From contig CAVWHX010000003.1 of assembly GCA_963754925.1 (NCBI GenBank), positions 544,001-608,000 of the forward strand: DNA of 64,000 nt, read 5' to 3'. The translations under genes and the position numbers were made by a program. Shown one piece after another: positions 10,033 through 20,235 of the stretch. Under the pieces are notes generated by a model. That model saw nothing but the letters and a program-made list of their open reading frames with translations. It had not been told where the DNA came from and ran no database searches. Positions within the stretch are counted from its first letter, which is position 1. The number at the start of each line of letters is the position of its first letter. The DNA comes from an uncultured delta proteobacterium. Lineage in GTDB: Bacteria; Myxococcota; B64-G9.

Positions 10033-11229
10033 TTACCGCACCGAGGCGGGATAGAGCCACAAGCGCCGACGATTGTTCTCATACTCTTTGAGATATGGCA
10101 ACCACTGCTTCGCAAGATCCCTGAGGTCCGCGCCCGTCTCCAACGCTTCCCGCGCTTGTGGGCTGCCGGTGAGCAGATCCAAGGCCGGTCGGTCGGCGAC
10201 GAATTCGTAGGGTTCGACGCGCCAGGCAAAACGTTCGGGCGCCTGACGCCGGGCCGCCTGCAGAACGAATAAACCGCTCAACAAGGACTGGTATGCATTG
10301 CGATCGACAATATGTAGTTGAACCCCGCCGCAGGCTTGGCCCTGATACTTATGAAACGTCGGAACAAAGGTTATGGGTCGAAAACGCACCCCGGGCAACC
10401 CAGCGCCTTCGAGATCGGCTGACAACGTCAGAGGCGCGAGCCACGGTGCGCCGAGCAATTCAAAAGGCCGCGTGGTGCCGCGTCCTTCCGACAGATTCGT
10501 CGCTTCGATCAAGCAGCTGCCCGGATACACCACTGCGGTATCGAGGGTCGGCATATTAGGCGATGGCAGCACCCACGGCAGCCCCGTCTCGTCAAACCAC
10601 ATCTCCCGCCGCCACCCTTCCATCGCTACTACGGTCAGATCGGTATCCAAACCCTCAGATTTCGCAACCAGCGCAAGCTCACCGATGGTCAGTCCATGCC
10701 GGACCGGAACGGCGAATGCCCCAACAAAAGAACGAAATCCATCGTCAAGCGGCGGGCCTTCACAGGTCAGGCCATTGAGCGGATTTGGTCGGTCGAGCAC
10801 CATTACCTGGATATTTGTTCCGGCACAGGCTTCCAAACAGGCCCGCATGGTCGCTGCAAATGTGTAATAGCGGCTGCCAATATCTTGGAGATCGATCAGG
10901 AGGACATCCAGATCCGCGAGCACGGCCGTGCTAGGGCGCAGGCTGTCCGGGGTATCCCCGTAGAGACTGATTACCGGCAGGTTGGTGCGTCGATCGGTGT
11001 GCCCTGCCACCGCCTCCATATCCTGAGCATCGCCACGCACGCCGTGTTCGGGCCCCATCACTACCCGTACATCCAGGTCGCGCTCAAGCAAGAGATCGAC
11101 CAAGTGCGTGAGGTCGCAAGCGACAGACGCCGGGTGCGACACTACTCCCAATCTTCGACCACGCAGCGATGACATGCCGCGCTCGCGGAGAATATCTAAA
11201 CCAGTTTTGACTGCTGGGATAACCATCAT
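10033..11229 (-). CDS. namZ: Exo-beta-N-acetylmuramidase NamZ family (DUF1343/YbbC)
   Basis: GPEHG, DLQDIGSRYYTF, LDRPNP, RHGLTIGELA, PSPNMPT, SEGRGTTRPFE. Confidence 0.9.
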   Translation of the reverse strand: MMVIPAVKTGLDILRERGMSSLRGRRLGVVSHPASVACDLTHLVDLLLERDLDVRVVMGPEHGVRGDAQDMEAVAGHTDRRTNLPVISLYGDTPDSLRPSTAVLADLDVLLIDLQDIGSRYYTFAATMRACLEACAGTNIQVMVLDRPNPLNGLTCEGPPLDDGFRSFVGAFAVPVRHGLTIGELALVAKSEGLDTDLTVVAMEGWRREMWFDETGLPWVLPSPNMPTLDTAVVYPGSCLIEATNLSEGRGTTRPFELLGAPWLAPLTLSADLEGAGLPGVRFRPITFVPTFHKYQGQACGGVQLHIVDRNAYQSLLSGLFVLQAARRQAPERFAWRVEPYEFVADRPALDLLTGSPQAREALETGADLRDLAKQWLPYLKEYENNRRRLWLYPASVR

Positions 11230-11306
11230 CGTGTCAGTAAATAAAAAATATTTAGCCCCATCTCGCTTCGTTCTGCAACATTCTCTTCTAAGTTAGCAGC
11301 AAGCAC

Positions 11307-11410
11307 CGGGTGACACCGAGCAGGGGCCCCCCCGCCGGCGCGGAGTCATTGCATGCATCTTTTGCAATGATGAGCACCGCCGGGGGATGCGAGGGGGCAG
11401 GCCCCGACGC
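11307..11410 (+). repeat. GC-rich structured intergenic repeat, copy 1
   Basis: Closely matches the reverse complement of 44533-44617 apart from a central hairpin insert. Confidence 0.85.
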
Positions 11411-11438
11411 CCAGATTTGAGATACTTTACCCAACACT

Positions 11439-12932
11439 CTAGTCCCGCTTGGCCGGTTTGAGGCTCAGCGAGAAATTATACGTGGCGCCCATACCCTTGG
11501 GGAACTGGGAGCGTTTCAGGTTCCAGAAGGCCGACGTGCCGAGCACCACATCAGCAAGGGTGTCCTTGGCGACAAAAACGTCTTCCACCTCGCCAAGGTT
11601 ATTGACTTTGACTTTCAATACCAACTCGCCCTGGAGACCGGGGCGTTCTTTGAGGCGCATCTTGAAAAGTCTGTCGACCTGTTCCTGATTTTTGGCAAAA
11701 ACCTGTTGGGGGGTATTCCCCCGTATCGGGTCGGCCACGATGAAAAAGCGTTCGAAAAGCCGATTGCGCGCAGCCCGGACCTGGTCGAGCTCGGGGTGGA
11801 GTACGATTAAACGCTCGTAGAATTCGAGCGCCCGTGAAGGATCGTCTCCTCGCTCGTAGATTTCCGCGAGGCCGGCGAGGGCTTCGGTATCGTCCGGAAG
11901 GCTGGCATGCAGTTGCTGGAACGACGGCAGGGCTTTCTCAATCTCGCCGGCCTGGAGGTATGCCCCGGCCAGAAAACGATGCGCCTCGATGTCGTCTTTT
12001 TCTAGCTCAATCACGTGCTCACACGCGGATACCCTGAGGTCGCGCCTCCCCTCGCTCGCCGCTACCGTAGCCAGCGCGCGCCAGCACGCAACGTTCATCG
12101 GTTCAAGGGAACAAGCGATTTGGTAAGCGTCCGCCGCTTCGTCGAGACGTTTGTTCTCGACCAGGAGCGCAGCGTACGCATGACAGACCTCAAAGGTTCT
12201 CTCAGGCAGGGCGGCGGCCATACGATACTCTTCCAAACCAGAGGCCGGATCACCGGTCCGTATTAACAGTTCGGCAAGCTCCGCGTGCGCTGCAAACAAT
12301 GCGGGGGCATAGTGGATGAGAGTGCGGTAGCTCACGAGAGCGTCGGAGAGATTGCCGAGGTCCCGCTGGGCGCGGGCCAACTCCAGCAGGTATGCGACAG
12401 ACGTCGGCTCGTGCGTTACTGCTGCCGCGAGCAAGGGAAGGGCTTTGGCGGGCTCGTTCTTATGTAAGTAGAGGCACCCAAATCGGTAGGCGCCGATCGC
12501 GATAGTGGGCCTGAGCTCCATCGCAATGCGGAAATCCTTCTCTGCCTGGTCAAACACCTTCCAACCATCTAAAATAGTGCCCATACCCAGGTAGGCCCAA
12601 TAAAATTTGTTGTCCAGTTTGGTGACGGTGGTCACTTCATTCAAGGCCAAGCTACGATCCGCTAATGCGTACGCCCATAAGAAGCGCTTGAAGGGATTTT
12701 TGGGATCGAGTTGACACGTCCGCTCGTAACGTTCCGCGAGTGGTCGCAGCCGGTCGGTGCCAAGGGCAGCCTCGATCTCCTGAATAGCGAGCACCATTCC
12801 CTCATCAGAGTAGCGATTGACCGTCGAGGTGCCGTCGCTGGCGAGGATATGTTCATCCGCCACCGTCGCTGGCGTCACGCATGCTGGCAGGATCGTCCAC
12901 GCGGTCACGAGCATCAACCGTCTCACGTTCAT
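11439..12932 (-). CDS. TPR-repeat probable lipoprotein with AgmX/PglI-type (TonB-C-like) C-terminal domain
   Basis: ILPAC lipobox-like; many TPR units; C-terminal RLKERPGLQGELVLKVKVNNLGEV...FPKG. Confidence 0.75.
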   Translation of the reverse strand: MNVRRLMLVTAWTILPACVTPATVADEHILASDGTSTVNRYSDEGMVLAIQEIEAALGTDRLRPLAERYERTCQLDPKNPFKRFLWAYALADRSLALNEVTTVTKLDNKFYWAYLGMGTILDGWKVFDQAEKDFRIAMELRPTIAIGAYRFGCLYLHKNEPAKALPLLAAAVTHEPTSVAYLLELARAQRDLGNLSDALVSYRTLIHYAPALFAAHAELAELLIRTGDPASGLEEYRMAAALPERTFEVCHAYAALLVENKRLDEAADAYQIACSLEPMNVACWRALATVAASEGRRDLRVSACEHVIELEKDDIEAHRFLAGAYLQAGEIEKALPSFQQLHASLPDDTEALAGLAEIYERGDDPSRALEFYERLIVLHPELDQVRAARNRLFERFFIVADPIRGNTPQQVFAKNQEQVDRLFKMRLKERPGLQGELVLKVKVNNLGEVEDVFVAKDTLADVVLGTSAFWNLKRSQFPKGMGATYNFSLSLKPAKRD

Positions 12933-12984
12933 GTCCCGACCTTTCATCAGCATGGTAGTGGTGTTCCTCCCACCTGTCGAATAA

Positions 12985-14388
12985 TTAGGATTTCGTCGCA
13001 TCTCGAATAAAGCGCGGCCGCAGTTTGACCTGGTTTGCGGTGACCGTCACTTCAAACCTTACCGCCTGGCAATCATGTTTGGCCTTGAGGGCTTCTTCCT
13101 GCTTGAGCAGCTTGGCATGAAATCGTCCAAAATCGAGTCGTTTGGTCTCCTCGCCGATCTTCTGTTTGGCGCGCACAAACTCGGTGAACAGATCGCGAAT
13201 GTAGATGGTCTGTTCGTCTTGAGGTTCCCCATCTTCCGCAATATGTTCATCAGGGCCCGACGGGGGTGGCGATTGAAAATCAACCTGTTCGCCTTTCGCT
13301 TCGGAGCGTATCCGGTTGAGAATCTCGGCCAGCGAACGAATCGCCGACGGTCCAAATACCTTAAAGGTGTGCTCGGCATCACCACCGACGATCGTGAGAG
13401 CATCGTGCTCGAGCTGCTTCACCCCTCGCGCCGACCGCCCGCCAAACAAAGCGACCGCGATAATCAACACCATAAGCACCAACGCAGCACTGCCAAACAA
13501 CCACAGTCCAAACGTTCCAAACGCCTGACCAGCCTCTAGAATCTCCCGGAACGCCACTAACGCTACCTGGCCCCTGCCCCCGTCCGCCGTCACCGCCAAT
13601 CCCAGGGTTTGCAGCGTTCGTGATCCGCTTTCCAGGGTCCATGGCTCGACATACGTGCCGGAAAGGAGATGCTCGACCATGTCCGGGTGCCCCCGGATAA
13701 ACGTTCGTAGAGCTTCCTGCATAGTCGGATCTAACGTGCCGGCGAAAATCCCGTGCTTTCCCAGATAGACAAAGTAAAATCCCAGTCCCAATTCACCGCT
13801 TCGCGTCATGGCCACTATCTCGTCGAACGGGTAGGTTGCCAACACGATACCCATGACCGTATCCCCGTCGAGAAGGGGAACCGCAATTACTCGCAAGAGA
13901 ATGTTCGACGAGACCGCTAACGTCGCCTGCGGGATGCCGATCTGGGCCTTCCGCACCAGTTCTAATACCCGCGGATCATCGGTGGGCGGTTTGCCGGTCC
14001 AGCGGAAGTCATCCGCGCGCACCAAGCCCATCCCGCTGCGGTCGAGAATGAAAAAGTCCTGCAGTGACGCCGTCAAACGGGCCGCAGTCGCCATGCCCAT
14101 CGCTTCGATGCGCAGGCGGCCAAGCCAGTTTTCCCGTCCTGCATCGGACGGTTTTTCTTGAAGAATGGTGCGCAGGCTCGGTCGTTGAGCGAGCTCAACT
14201 ATGGCGCGGGTGAGGCGCGCTTCGTCGGCGATGTCCATCTCTTGAAGTAAACGGCCGGAGAGCGACATGCCGGTCATCTGTTCCCGCAGTTGAACATCGG
14301 CCAGCCGCGGGAATATGACGTAGTAGGTGCCCAGCGCGATACTGGCGATTGCAATCAACAAGATGAAAACGATCGCGGGCCTCGACAT
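12985..14388 (-). CDS. MXAN_5187-like protein (TM-Cache-like-TM-HAMP-like plus conserved C-terminal domain)
   Basis: Two TM helices; C-terminal LFTEFVRAKQKIGE...F..KL...CQAVRFEVTV..NQVKLR. Confidence 0.75.
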   Translation of the reverse strand: MSRPAIVFILLIAIASIALGTYYVIFPRLADVQLREQMTGMSLSGRLLQEMDIADEARLTRAIVELAQRPSLRTILQEKPSDAGRENWLGRLRIEAMGMATAARLTASLQDFFILDRSGMGLVRADDFRWTGKPPTDDPRVLELVRKAQIGIPQATLAVSSNILLRVIAVPLLDGDTVMGIVLATYPFDEIVAMTRSGELGLGFYFVYLGKHGIFAGTLDPTMQEALRTFIRGHPDMVEHLLSGTYVEPWTLESGSRTLQTLGLAVTADGGRGQVALVAFREILEAGQAFGTFGLWLFGSAALVLMVLIIAVALFGGRSARGVKQLEHDALTIVGGDAEHTFKVFGPSAIRSLAEILNRIRSEAKGEQVDFQSPPPSGPDEHIAEDGEPQDEQTIYIRDLFTEFVRAKQKIGEETKRLDFGRFHAKLLKQEEALKAKHDCQAVRFEVTVTANQVKLRPRFIRDATKS

Positions 14389-14435
14389 GCGTCCTCCTCA
14401 CCGCTGTTTCGCATCCCTAGTATACCCCTAAACCG

Positions 14436-16520
14436 CTACGGATCGTAGCTGATAATCTGGCGTTCGAATGGTTCATACGATGAGAGCGTAGCGTCAATAA
14501 CTTTGTTGTCGGCCCCCCGGATCGGGAGGATCGTCGGCGTTACATAGGCGACCAACCGTCTCAGTCCAACCGTTTTCGCTCGCTCTGCCACGTTGTCAAA
14601 ACTGGCCCAGGTCGGCGGATCTGAAAACTCTGCCAAAAATTTTAGCGCCGATCGGCGTTTGCCGCTTGCGAGAATACGCTGGATACGAACAAGGAGTTTA
14701 CCCACGGCGGTGTGGAATGCCTCGGGATTCTTGATTATGGGGTAGAGCTTCTTATTCTGCTCTTCCACCTTAACCACTTGAGCTTTTTCAACTAAATACC
14801 GAAGCAGCATCCGTGATGCCAGAGCGCTTGGCGCGCGCAATTCGGTATGGTTACTGGCTTCGGCCTGAAACAGCTGGGCAACAACCATATTATAACTCGC
14901 GAAGCCTGCCTCGCGGCTGGATATCAATCCCGCTTCAAGCAAGGTTTCGTCCGGCAGCAACCACAAAGCCACCAATTCAGCTTTGAGCGCATCGAGCGGC
15001 TCAATAAGATTTCGAAAACGCATCAGTACGGTTGGTTCCACCCAACCCATGTTTGGACCGAGAACATCCCTCAGAACCACACGCCAAAAAAAGAGATCCG
15101 GCGCTTGTGCCGTAGTCTTTGCCTGGGCAGCGGGTTCTACAAACTCTCGTATCAACGGCTGAATGACGGCGCGCCGATAGGCCTCGATCACATTGGTGGC
15201 AACGAGTACCTTATACCCGTTCGCCACTCCGTATTCGTCGCGCGGCCAAACTCGCAACGAGAACTCGGTCAGCGGCCACTGACGCCCGGCAGCGGTCAAC
15301 ACCGCGACCGCGACGGCGACAGGCTTAATCTTTTCGGTGCGCACAAACTCCGCCCCCCAGGGCATGCGCTCTTCCAGTGCCTGAGCATGGCTCAAAAGCG
15401 CCGCCAGTTTCGCCGTCGCTTCCCGATCCTCATAACCGAGCAAGCCACTGAAGATTCCCTTCACTTTTCGCGGATCCAAACGTACATCGAGAAACCCGAG
15501 GATAAACTCTATGGGGAGTGGAAGTTCCGACCAGCCGCGCAGAGCTTCGTCAAAAGTGGTCCCATCGCCCGTGCGGAAATGCTCTACCAACAGCGACAGG
15601 ATCTTTCGTTCATGGCTGGGCGCGATCGTGATGGCGCTCTGCAACCGGCTATTCACCCGCTTAAGCTCTTTTGCGTATCGGCCCGGCGGTATCTTGCGGC
15701 GGTTGTCACCCGTTCGATAGACTTCCTCTACCAAGGTATCATCAACGCGGATCAACCGTGAGTTGCTCGGATAACGTTCCTTGAAACCGGCGAGTGCGCG
15801 CAAGGTCACCCCTTCATACAGATTGGTATTTGAGGCAAGCAACAGTTCGTTGTTCTGCGCCGAAACAATCCCCCCTTGCATCGGTTCATAGGCCGGATCG
15901 AACATTATTTTACGCAGACGTGAGAGTTTCGCTTCCAGCGGTTCTCCCACCGCAAGCCCGATATCTGCTCCGGCGGCATACGCTGCCTTGGCCGCCTGCT
16001 CGAACTGCTCGACCGTAAAAGGCGGTAAGAACTTTTTGAACGTGATACGATCATAGAATCCACCATGAATCGTCAACAGTTGGAGGTAGGTAAGAACATG
16101 AGCTTCAACGATAGGCTTAATCTCGATGTGTTGGCGCAGAATGGTTTCAACCAGCCGGCGCACCTCAAGACCCTCACGGTGGACTTGATCAAAGGTTATA
16201 TCCTGGCCCAAAAGGATTGCCCGCGATAGATAGTAAGCTAGTAACCTCTTGCTCGCTGGCAACCCCTCAAAGGCATCCGCAAAAATTCTCAACAATTTTA
16301 CATCACCCACCGTGCCGGCTTGAAAATCGGCATCGCTGTGCTCAACCACGCGGGGAGTTTCCTCGCGCTTTTCGGGAACGTTGTTGATTTCAATTTCCCC
16401 TCCTTGAAGGGGGAGCGATGCTTTCGGCGGCTGTGTCGCTTCTTGTTCATCAGCTACGTTCTGGCACCCTACAACGAGGCTCAACAAAACGCCAATCACC
16501 ATTCCCGGTAAACCTTGCAT
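14436..16520 (-). CDS. Lipoprotein, dipeptidyl-peptidase III (M49) homolog lacking catalytic residues
   Basis: LVVGC; M49-like segments LAYYLSRA, SNTNLYEGV, NSRL, GRYAKEL, LLVRIQRILASG; HExxGH replaced by RDVLGP. Confidence 0.8.
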   Translation of the reverse strand: MQGLPGMVIGVLLSLVVGCQNVADEQEATQPPKASLPLQGGEIEINNVPEKREETPRVVEHSDADFQAGTVGDVKLLRIFADAFEGLPASKRLLAYYLSRAILLGQDITFDQVHREGLEVRRLVETILRQHIEIKPIVEAHVLTYLQLLTIHGGFYDRITFKKFLPPFTVEQFEQAAKAAYAAGADIGLAVGEPLEAKLSRLRKIMFDPAYEPMQGGIVSAQNNELLLASNTNLYEGVTLRALAGFKERYPSNSRLIRVDDTLVEEVYRTGDNRRKIPPGRYAKELKRVNSRLQSAITIAPSHERKILSLLVEHFRTGDGTTFDEALRGWSELPLPIEFILGFLDVRLDPRKVKGIFSGLLGYEDREATAKLAALLSHAQALEERMPWGAEFVRTEKIKPVAVAVAVLTAAGRQWPLTEFSLRVWPRDEYGVANGYKVLVATNVIEAYRRAVIQPLIREFVEPAAQAKTTAQAPDLFFWRVVLRDVLGPNMGWVEPTVLMRFRNLIEPLDALKAELVALWLLPDETLLEAGLISSREAGFASYNMVVAQLFQAEASNHTELRAPSALASRMLLRYLVEKAQVVKVEEQNKKLYPIIKNPEAFHTAVGKLLVRIQRILASGKRRSALKFLAEFSDPPTWASFDNVAERAKTVGLRRLVAYVTPTILPIRGADNKVIDATLSSYEPFERQIISYDP

Positions 16521-16715
16521 TGACCCCTCGTACGGTTAACCCATTACCCTATCACGGATTCAGTCTTAACCTAATTATCCAGTTTCGTCTAAATCAAAAG
16601 ACGAGAAAATGACCGCAACCGACCTATCGGAACCGGGCCCCTATTCTTGACTTTTTTGTAAGAATATTCTAGGGTAACGTACGATGATATCTCTATCTTT
16701 CGTCGAGGTTTTTCC

Positions 16716-17759
16716 ATGCGTCCTCTTGTTTATGTGCTGGTGTTAGTCTTTTCTGGGCAAGTCATCGCCGGACCGATTACTGGTACGATCGCTTCAAGAC
16801 AACAGCCGGTCTCTACCAGCATTCGCGACGGCCATTTTTGGCAATTACAAACACCTTTGTCGCCTGTGGAGGAGTCCCCAACGATAGTACTATTGGAGGG
16901 AGACGCTGCCGGGCAAAGCGAAATTATCCCACAGACGTTCACCATTGAAGGATACGGCTTTGAGCCGAAGTTCGCGATCGTCACGGCCGGGTCAACGATT
17001 AAGCTAAAGAATCTCGACGAGCATATGTATTCATGTTGGGCAACGGGAGCCAATGAATTTCAGTTCAACGACGTCGCTGCAGGAGCCACCGTCGAACAGA
17101 AGCTTTCATCGCCTGGAGCCATGGAGATACACTGTCTGCGGTACCCGTTTATGCGGCTCAATCTCCTGGTGATAGGCAAAGCGGTATTCACCACCGCCGA
17201 TGCCAGAGGAAACTTTGCCTTCAAGCATGTCCCGGCTGGCGATTACCAGGCTACGATTTATTCGAATGGATCGTTTTGCTGCGGCACGGCGGTTAAGGTT
17301 CAGGCGCAGCCAATGCAACTATCGCTGAGTCCCCAGACCAAGCCGCAACCGATTGCGCCGACGACACCCCAGTCCGCCGCACCTACCCAGCCGCCGGTGA
17401 ACCAGGCTCGTGTTGAACCGATGAAACCAGCCCCACTAAATCCCGTCCCTTCACAAGTTGAACAGCGCAAACCTGAACCAGGCAAATTGGGTCCAGGCAA
17501 ATCCGAAGTTGGCACGCCGGAGGCCAAACCAGCTCCGCCAAAACCGGAACCGGTAAAAACCGCGCCGGTAAAACAGGCTACTGCCGTCGGCACACAACCA
17601 GCCAAAGCGGTGGAACCTGCCACGCCGGCGTTGGCTCCGGCTCCGAAAGACAAAAGCCCCGTGAAGGTCATCCCCGAGAAGAAACCCAAGAAGGCGGGCG
17701 GTGAGGCCGGCGACTCGTTGTTCAAGAATGTTGAACCGGAGATCGAAGTCGAGGAATAG
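16716..17759 (+). CDS. Secreted protein with cupredoxin-like and carboxypeptidase-regulatory-like domains and Pro/Lys-rich tail
   Basis: Signal peptide; FEPKFAIVTAGSTIKLKNLD; PGAMEIHC; ADARGNFAFKHVPAGDY. Confidence 0.7.
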   Translation: MRPLVYVLVLVFSGQVIAGPITGTIASRQQPVSTSIRDGHFWQLQTPLSPVEESPTIVLLEGDAAGQSEIIPQTFTIEGYGFEPKFAIVTAGSTIKLKNLDEHMYSCWATGANEFQFNDVAAGATVEQKLSSPGAMEIHCLRYPFMRLNLLVIGKAVFTTADARGNFAFKHVPAGDYQATIYSNGSFCCGTAVKVQAQPMQLSLSPQTKPQPIAPTTPQSAAPTQPPVNQARVEPMKPAPLNPVPSQVEQRKPEPGKLGPGKSEVGTPEAKPAPPKPEPVKTAPVKQATAVGTQPAKAVEPATPALAPAPKDKSPVKVIPEKKPKKAGGEAGDSLFKNVEPEIEVEE

Positions 17760-17846
17760 TAATTTTTTGATGCATGGAGGGGATGAAGATAACAAAATCA
17801 TCGGTTGAGGGATCTCGGGGTATGATGAGCAGAAAGGGGTTGTTAT

Positions 17847-20108
17847 ATGTCTAAGCTCAAGGGAGTCATCATAGTTGTGCTATTGGTGGTTGTCGGAGGA
17901 GCAGCCACCTTTCTTTGGTTCACCAAGTATCGCCAACAACAAGTCCTGGATCAAGCCCCCCGAGACATGAAGGGCGTGGATGTCCTCAGTTTGCTCAAAG
18001 TTCAGTCGTTCGAAGTTCTTCAAGGCCTTTCCGTCCATACTCGCTCTGAGGCATTACTTAATCCGCTTGCCAAGCTACCGGCGGCCGGGACCGCAGCGGG
18101 CGCTTCTGCTGACGAAGCTCAAAAAAACGCCTTTACGCTCGTGCGCGCCGAGCTGATGGCGGCATTAGATGATATTCATAAAAAAGCGTCGGCGGATGAG
18201 ATTCAAAAGAGAATAGCAACCGAACCCCTGATGATTCTGACGGCCGATGGCAAAATCCTGGCCCAAATCCCGGACAAGGAGAAGTACGGTACGAGCCTCA
18301 AGGGGCTGCCCGCGGTCGAAAAATGCCTGCAGGGCGTTAGCCTCGACGGCATCTACGAATTAGACGGCTCTCTTAAACATATGGCCGCGGTGCCGCTCGT
18401 TGACAAAACCGGAAAGATCCCCGGGTGCTTGGCTGCGGTTAGTGAATTCGGGCTTACGACCTTAACGGAGCTCTCCAAGATGCTCGGGTTCGGGTTGCAA
18501 ATGGCGATTTTCACTCGCAAGACGGTTGTCGTTTCGACCATTGAAAACAACCTCGTCCAACCGCTCGCCGAACAGCTTGAGTCCAAGGAACCCGTTTGGT
18601 TTGGCGAAACCAAGTCTGCCCCTTGGCTGGTCGACTTGGGGGGTAAAGCATTTCTGGCTAGCATAATTCGAATCCCCTCGGGAACCGATCCGCTCTATCT
18701 CAGCGCGATACTTCCGGTCGCGGACCTCCTTACCGAGCTCAAGGACGCTCAAAACCGTCTGCTGCTAGGCCTGGGCATTTTGCTTGTTATGGGATTGCTC
18801 TTGGTGTTCTTGCTGAGCACCGAGCGTGAGAGCGAAAAGGATCTGGAGCGGCTGCGGGAAGGGGTAAAAATCTTGGCGGCGGGAGACAAATCCTTTGTTC
18901 TCGACGCCGATAGCTATGGCAGACCATACCGCGAACTCGCGCGCAACATTGCGCAGCTTGCGAGCGCTGGCCAGAACAACAAAACGTTTCCGTCGAGGAG
19001 CGATTCATTATCGGATCTGTTAGGGACGCTACCATCTTCATCATTAACCGAAAAGAAAGGTACCGCCAGCTCACCGCCATCTGAGGTGTTGGACTTCGAC
19101 AAGCTTCTCGATACCAGGTCGGGCGATTCTTTTGAAAGAAGTGCGGCCAGCGCTTCAGGCACGGTGCCCCTCCAAACGTCGTCGGCATCGTCCCCAGCAG
19201 AACTGGCGTCGTTTTACGAACCGTCACCCGCTCCTCCAAAAGAGATCGAACCAAATGGTGCATCCGCATTGGATTTGCCCTCGGAGCAACCAACGGTTTC
19301 CAGACTATCTCCGGCGATACCGTTTCAAGCAACACCCACGGTCGAATCTGTTATCCGACCGCAACCGGCGCCGGTCCATCCTGCCGCCACCCCGTTATCG
19401 GAGGTTGGCCCACGGGTCGAGCTACCTACCGATCTCGTCGGCATCTTCGACGAACGCATTGACACTCGCGAAATAAAACCTATCATCCCGGCTTCAGGCT
19501 GGCCGGAGCGATTAGCCCAGAACGCCCCGAACGATTCCCCTCTGCGGCTGGAACCAACGCTCCCGCTCAACACGCAGGAAGCGCCAACATCGTCAAAGAT
19601 GCCCGCGTATCGTCCAGCGGCGCCCGATACTAACATCAACGACCAAATTACTTCTTCAGACTATCGGCTCGACCAAACGATTATCGCCGCGGTTCCCGAT
19701 GAGCTCCTCAGAGCTTCGTCGACCTTGAACGCTCAAGAAACCCTGCGGAGCATCATACCCACGGACTTGCCAAAACCTCCCTCGATCTCGATGCCGCCCA
19801 CCATCTCTCTTCCACCGATCTCTAATTCTTCACTCCTTCCCTCGGGTTCGCAGTCGGCGTTAGGGCGGCAGCCGTCGCCAAGCGTTTCCGGAGGCGATGA
19901 AGCCCACTTCAAAGAAATTTTCGATCAGTTCGTTAAAACGAAAAACCAATGTGGCGAATCAACGGTGGGTCTTACCATAGAACCGTTCGCAGAGAAGCTG
20001 CGCAAGAATACCGCGGATCTTAAGAGTCGTTACAAATGTTCAACGGTGAAGTTTCAAGTGTATGTGAAGAACGGTAAAGCCGCCCTCAAGGCCACCCCCA
20101 TTAAGTAG
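17847..20108 (+). CDS. Second MXAN_5187-like protein with long Pro/Ser-rich linker
   Basis: TM-Cache-like-TM; C-terminal HFKEIFDQFVKTKNQCGE...FAEKLRKN...CSTVKFQVYVKNGKAALKATP. Confidence 0.8.
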   Translation: MSKLKGVIIVVLLVVVGGAATFLWFTKYRQQQVLDQAPRDMKGVDVLSLLKVQSFEVLQGLSVHTRSEALLNPLAKLPAAGTAAGASADEAQKNAFTLVRAELMAALDDIHKKASADEIQKRIATEPLMILTADGKILAQIPDKEKYGTSLKGLPAVEKCLQGVSLDGIYELDGSLKHMAAVPLVDKTGKIPGCLAAVSEFGLTTLTELSKMLGFGLQMAIFTRKTVVVSTIENNLVQPLAEQLESKEPVWFGETKSAPWLVDLGGKAFLASIIRIPSGTDPLYLSAILPVADLLTELKDAQNRLLLGLGILLVMGLLLVFLLSTERESEKDLERLREGVKILAAGDKSFVLDADSYGRPYRELARNIAQLASAGQNNKTFPSRSDSLSDLLGTLPSSSLTEKKGTASSPPSEVLDFDKLLDTRSGDSFERSAASASGTVPLQTSSASSPAELASFYEPSPAPPKEIEPNGASALDLPSEQPTVSRLSPAIPFQATPTVESVIRPQPAPVHPAATPLSEVGPRVELPTDLVGIFDERIDTREIKPIIPASGWPERLAQNAPNDSPLRLEPTLPLNTQEAPTSSKMPAYRPAAPDTNINDQITSSDYRLDQTIIAAVPDELLRASSTLNAQETLRSIIPTDLPKPPSISMPPTISLPPISNSSLLPSGSQSALGRQPSPSVSGGDEAHFKEIFDQFVKTKNQCGESTVGLTIEPFAEKLRKNTADLKSRYKCSTVKFQVYVKNGKAALKATPIK

Positions 20109-20235
20109 CGAACGCGCGCCCTGTCCCTGCTTGAAACGTCGAGACAAAATCCCGTCTCGCACCTGAGATACGAGGCGCTGCAGGAGGAACCGTGTGAGTG
20201 TACAGCCTCTACGGTGCAGTTACCACAACGCAGAT

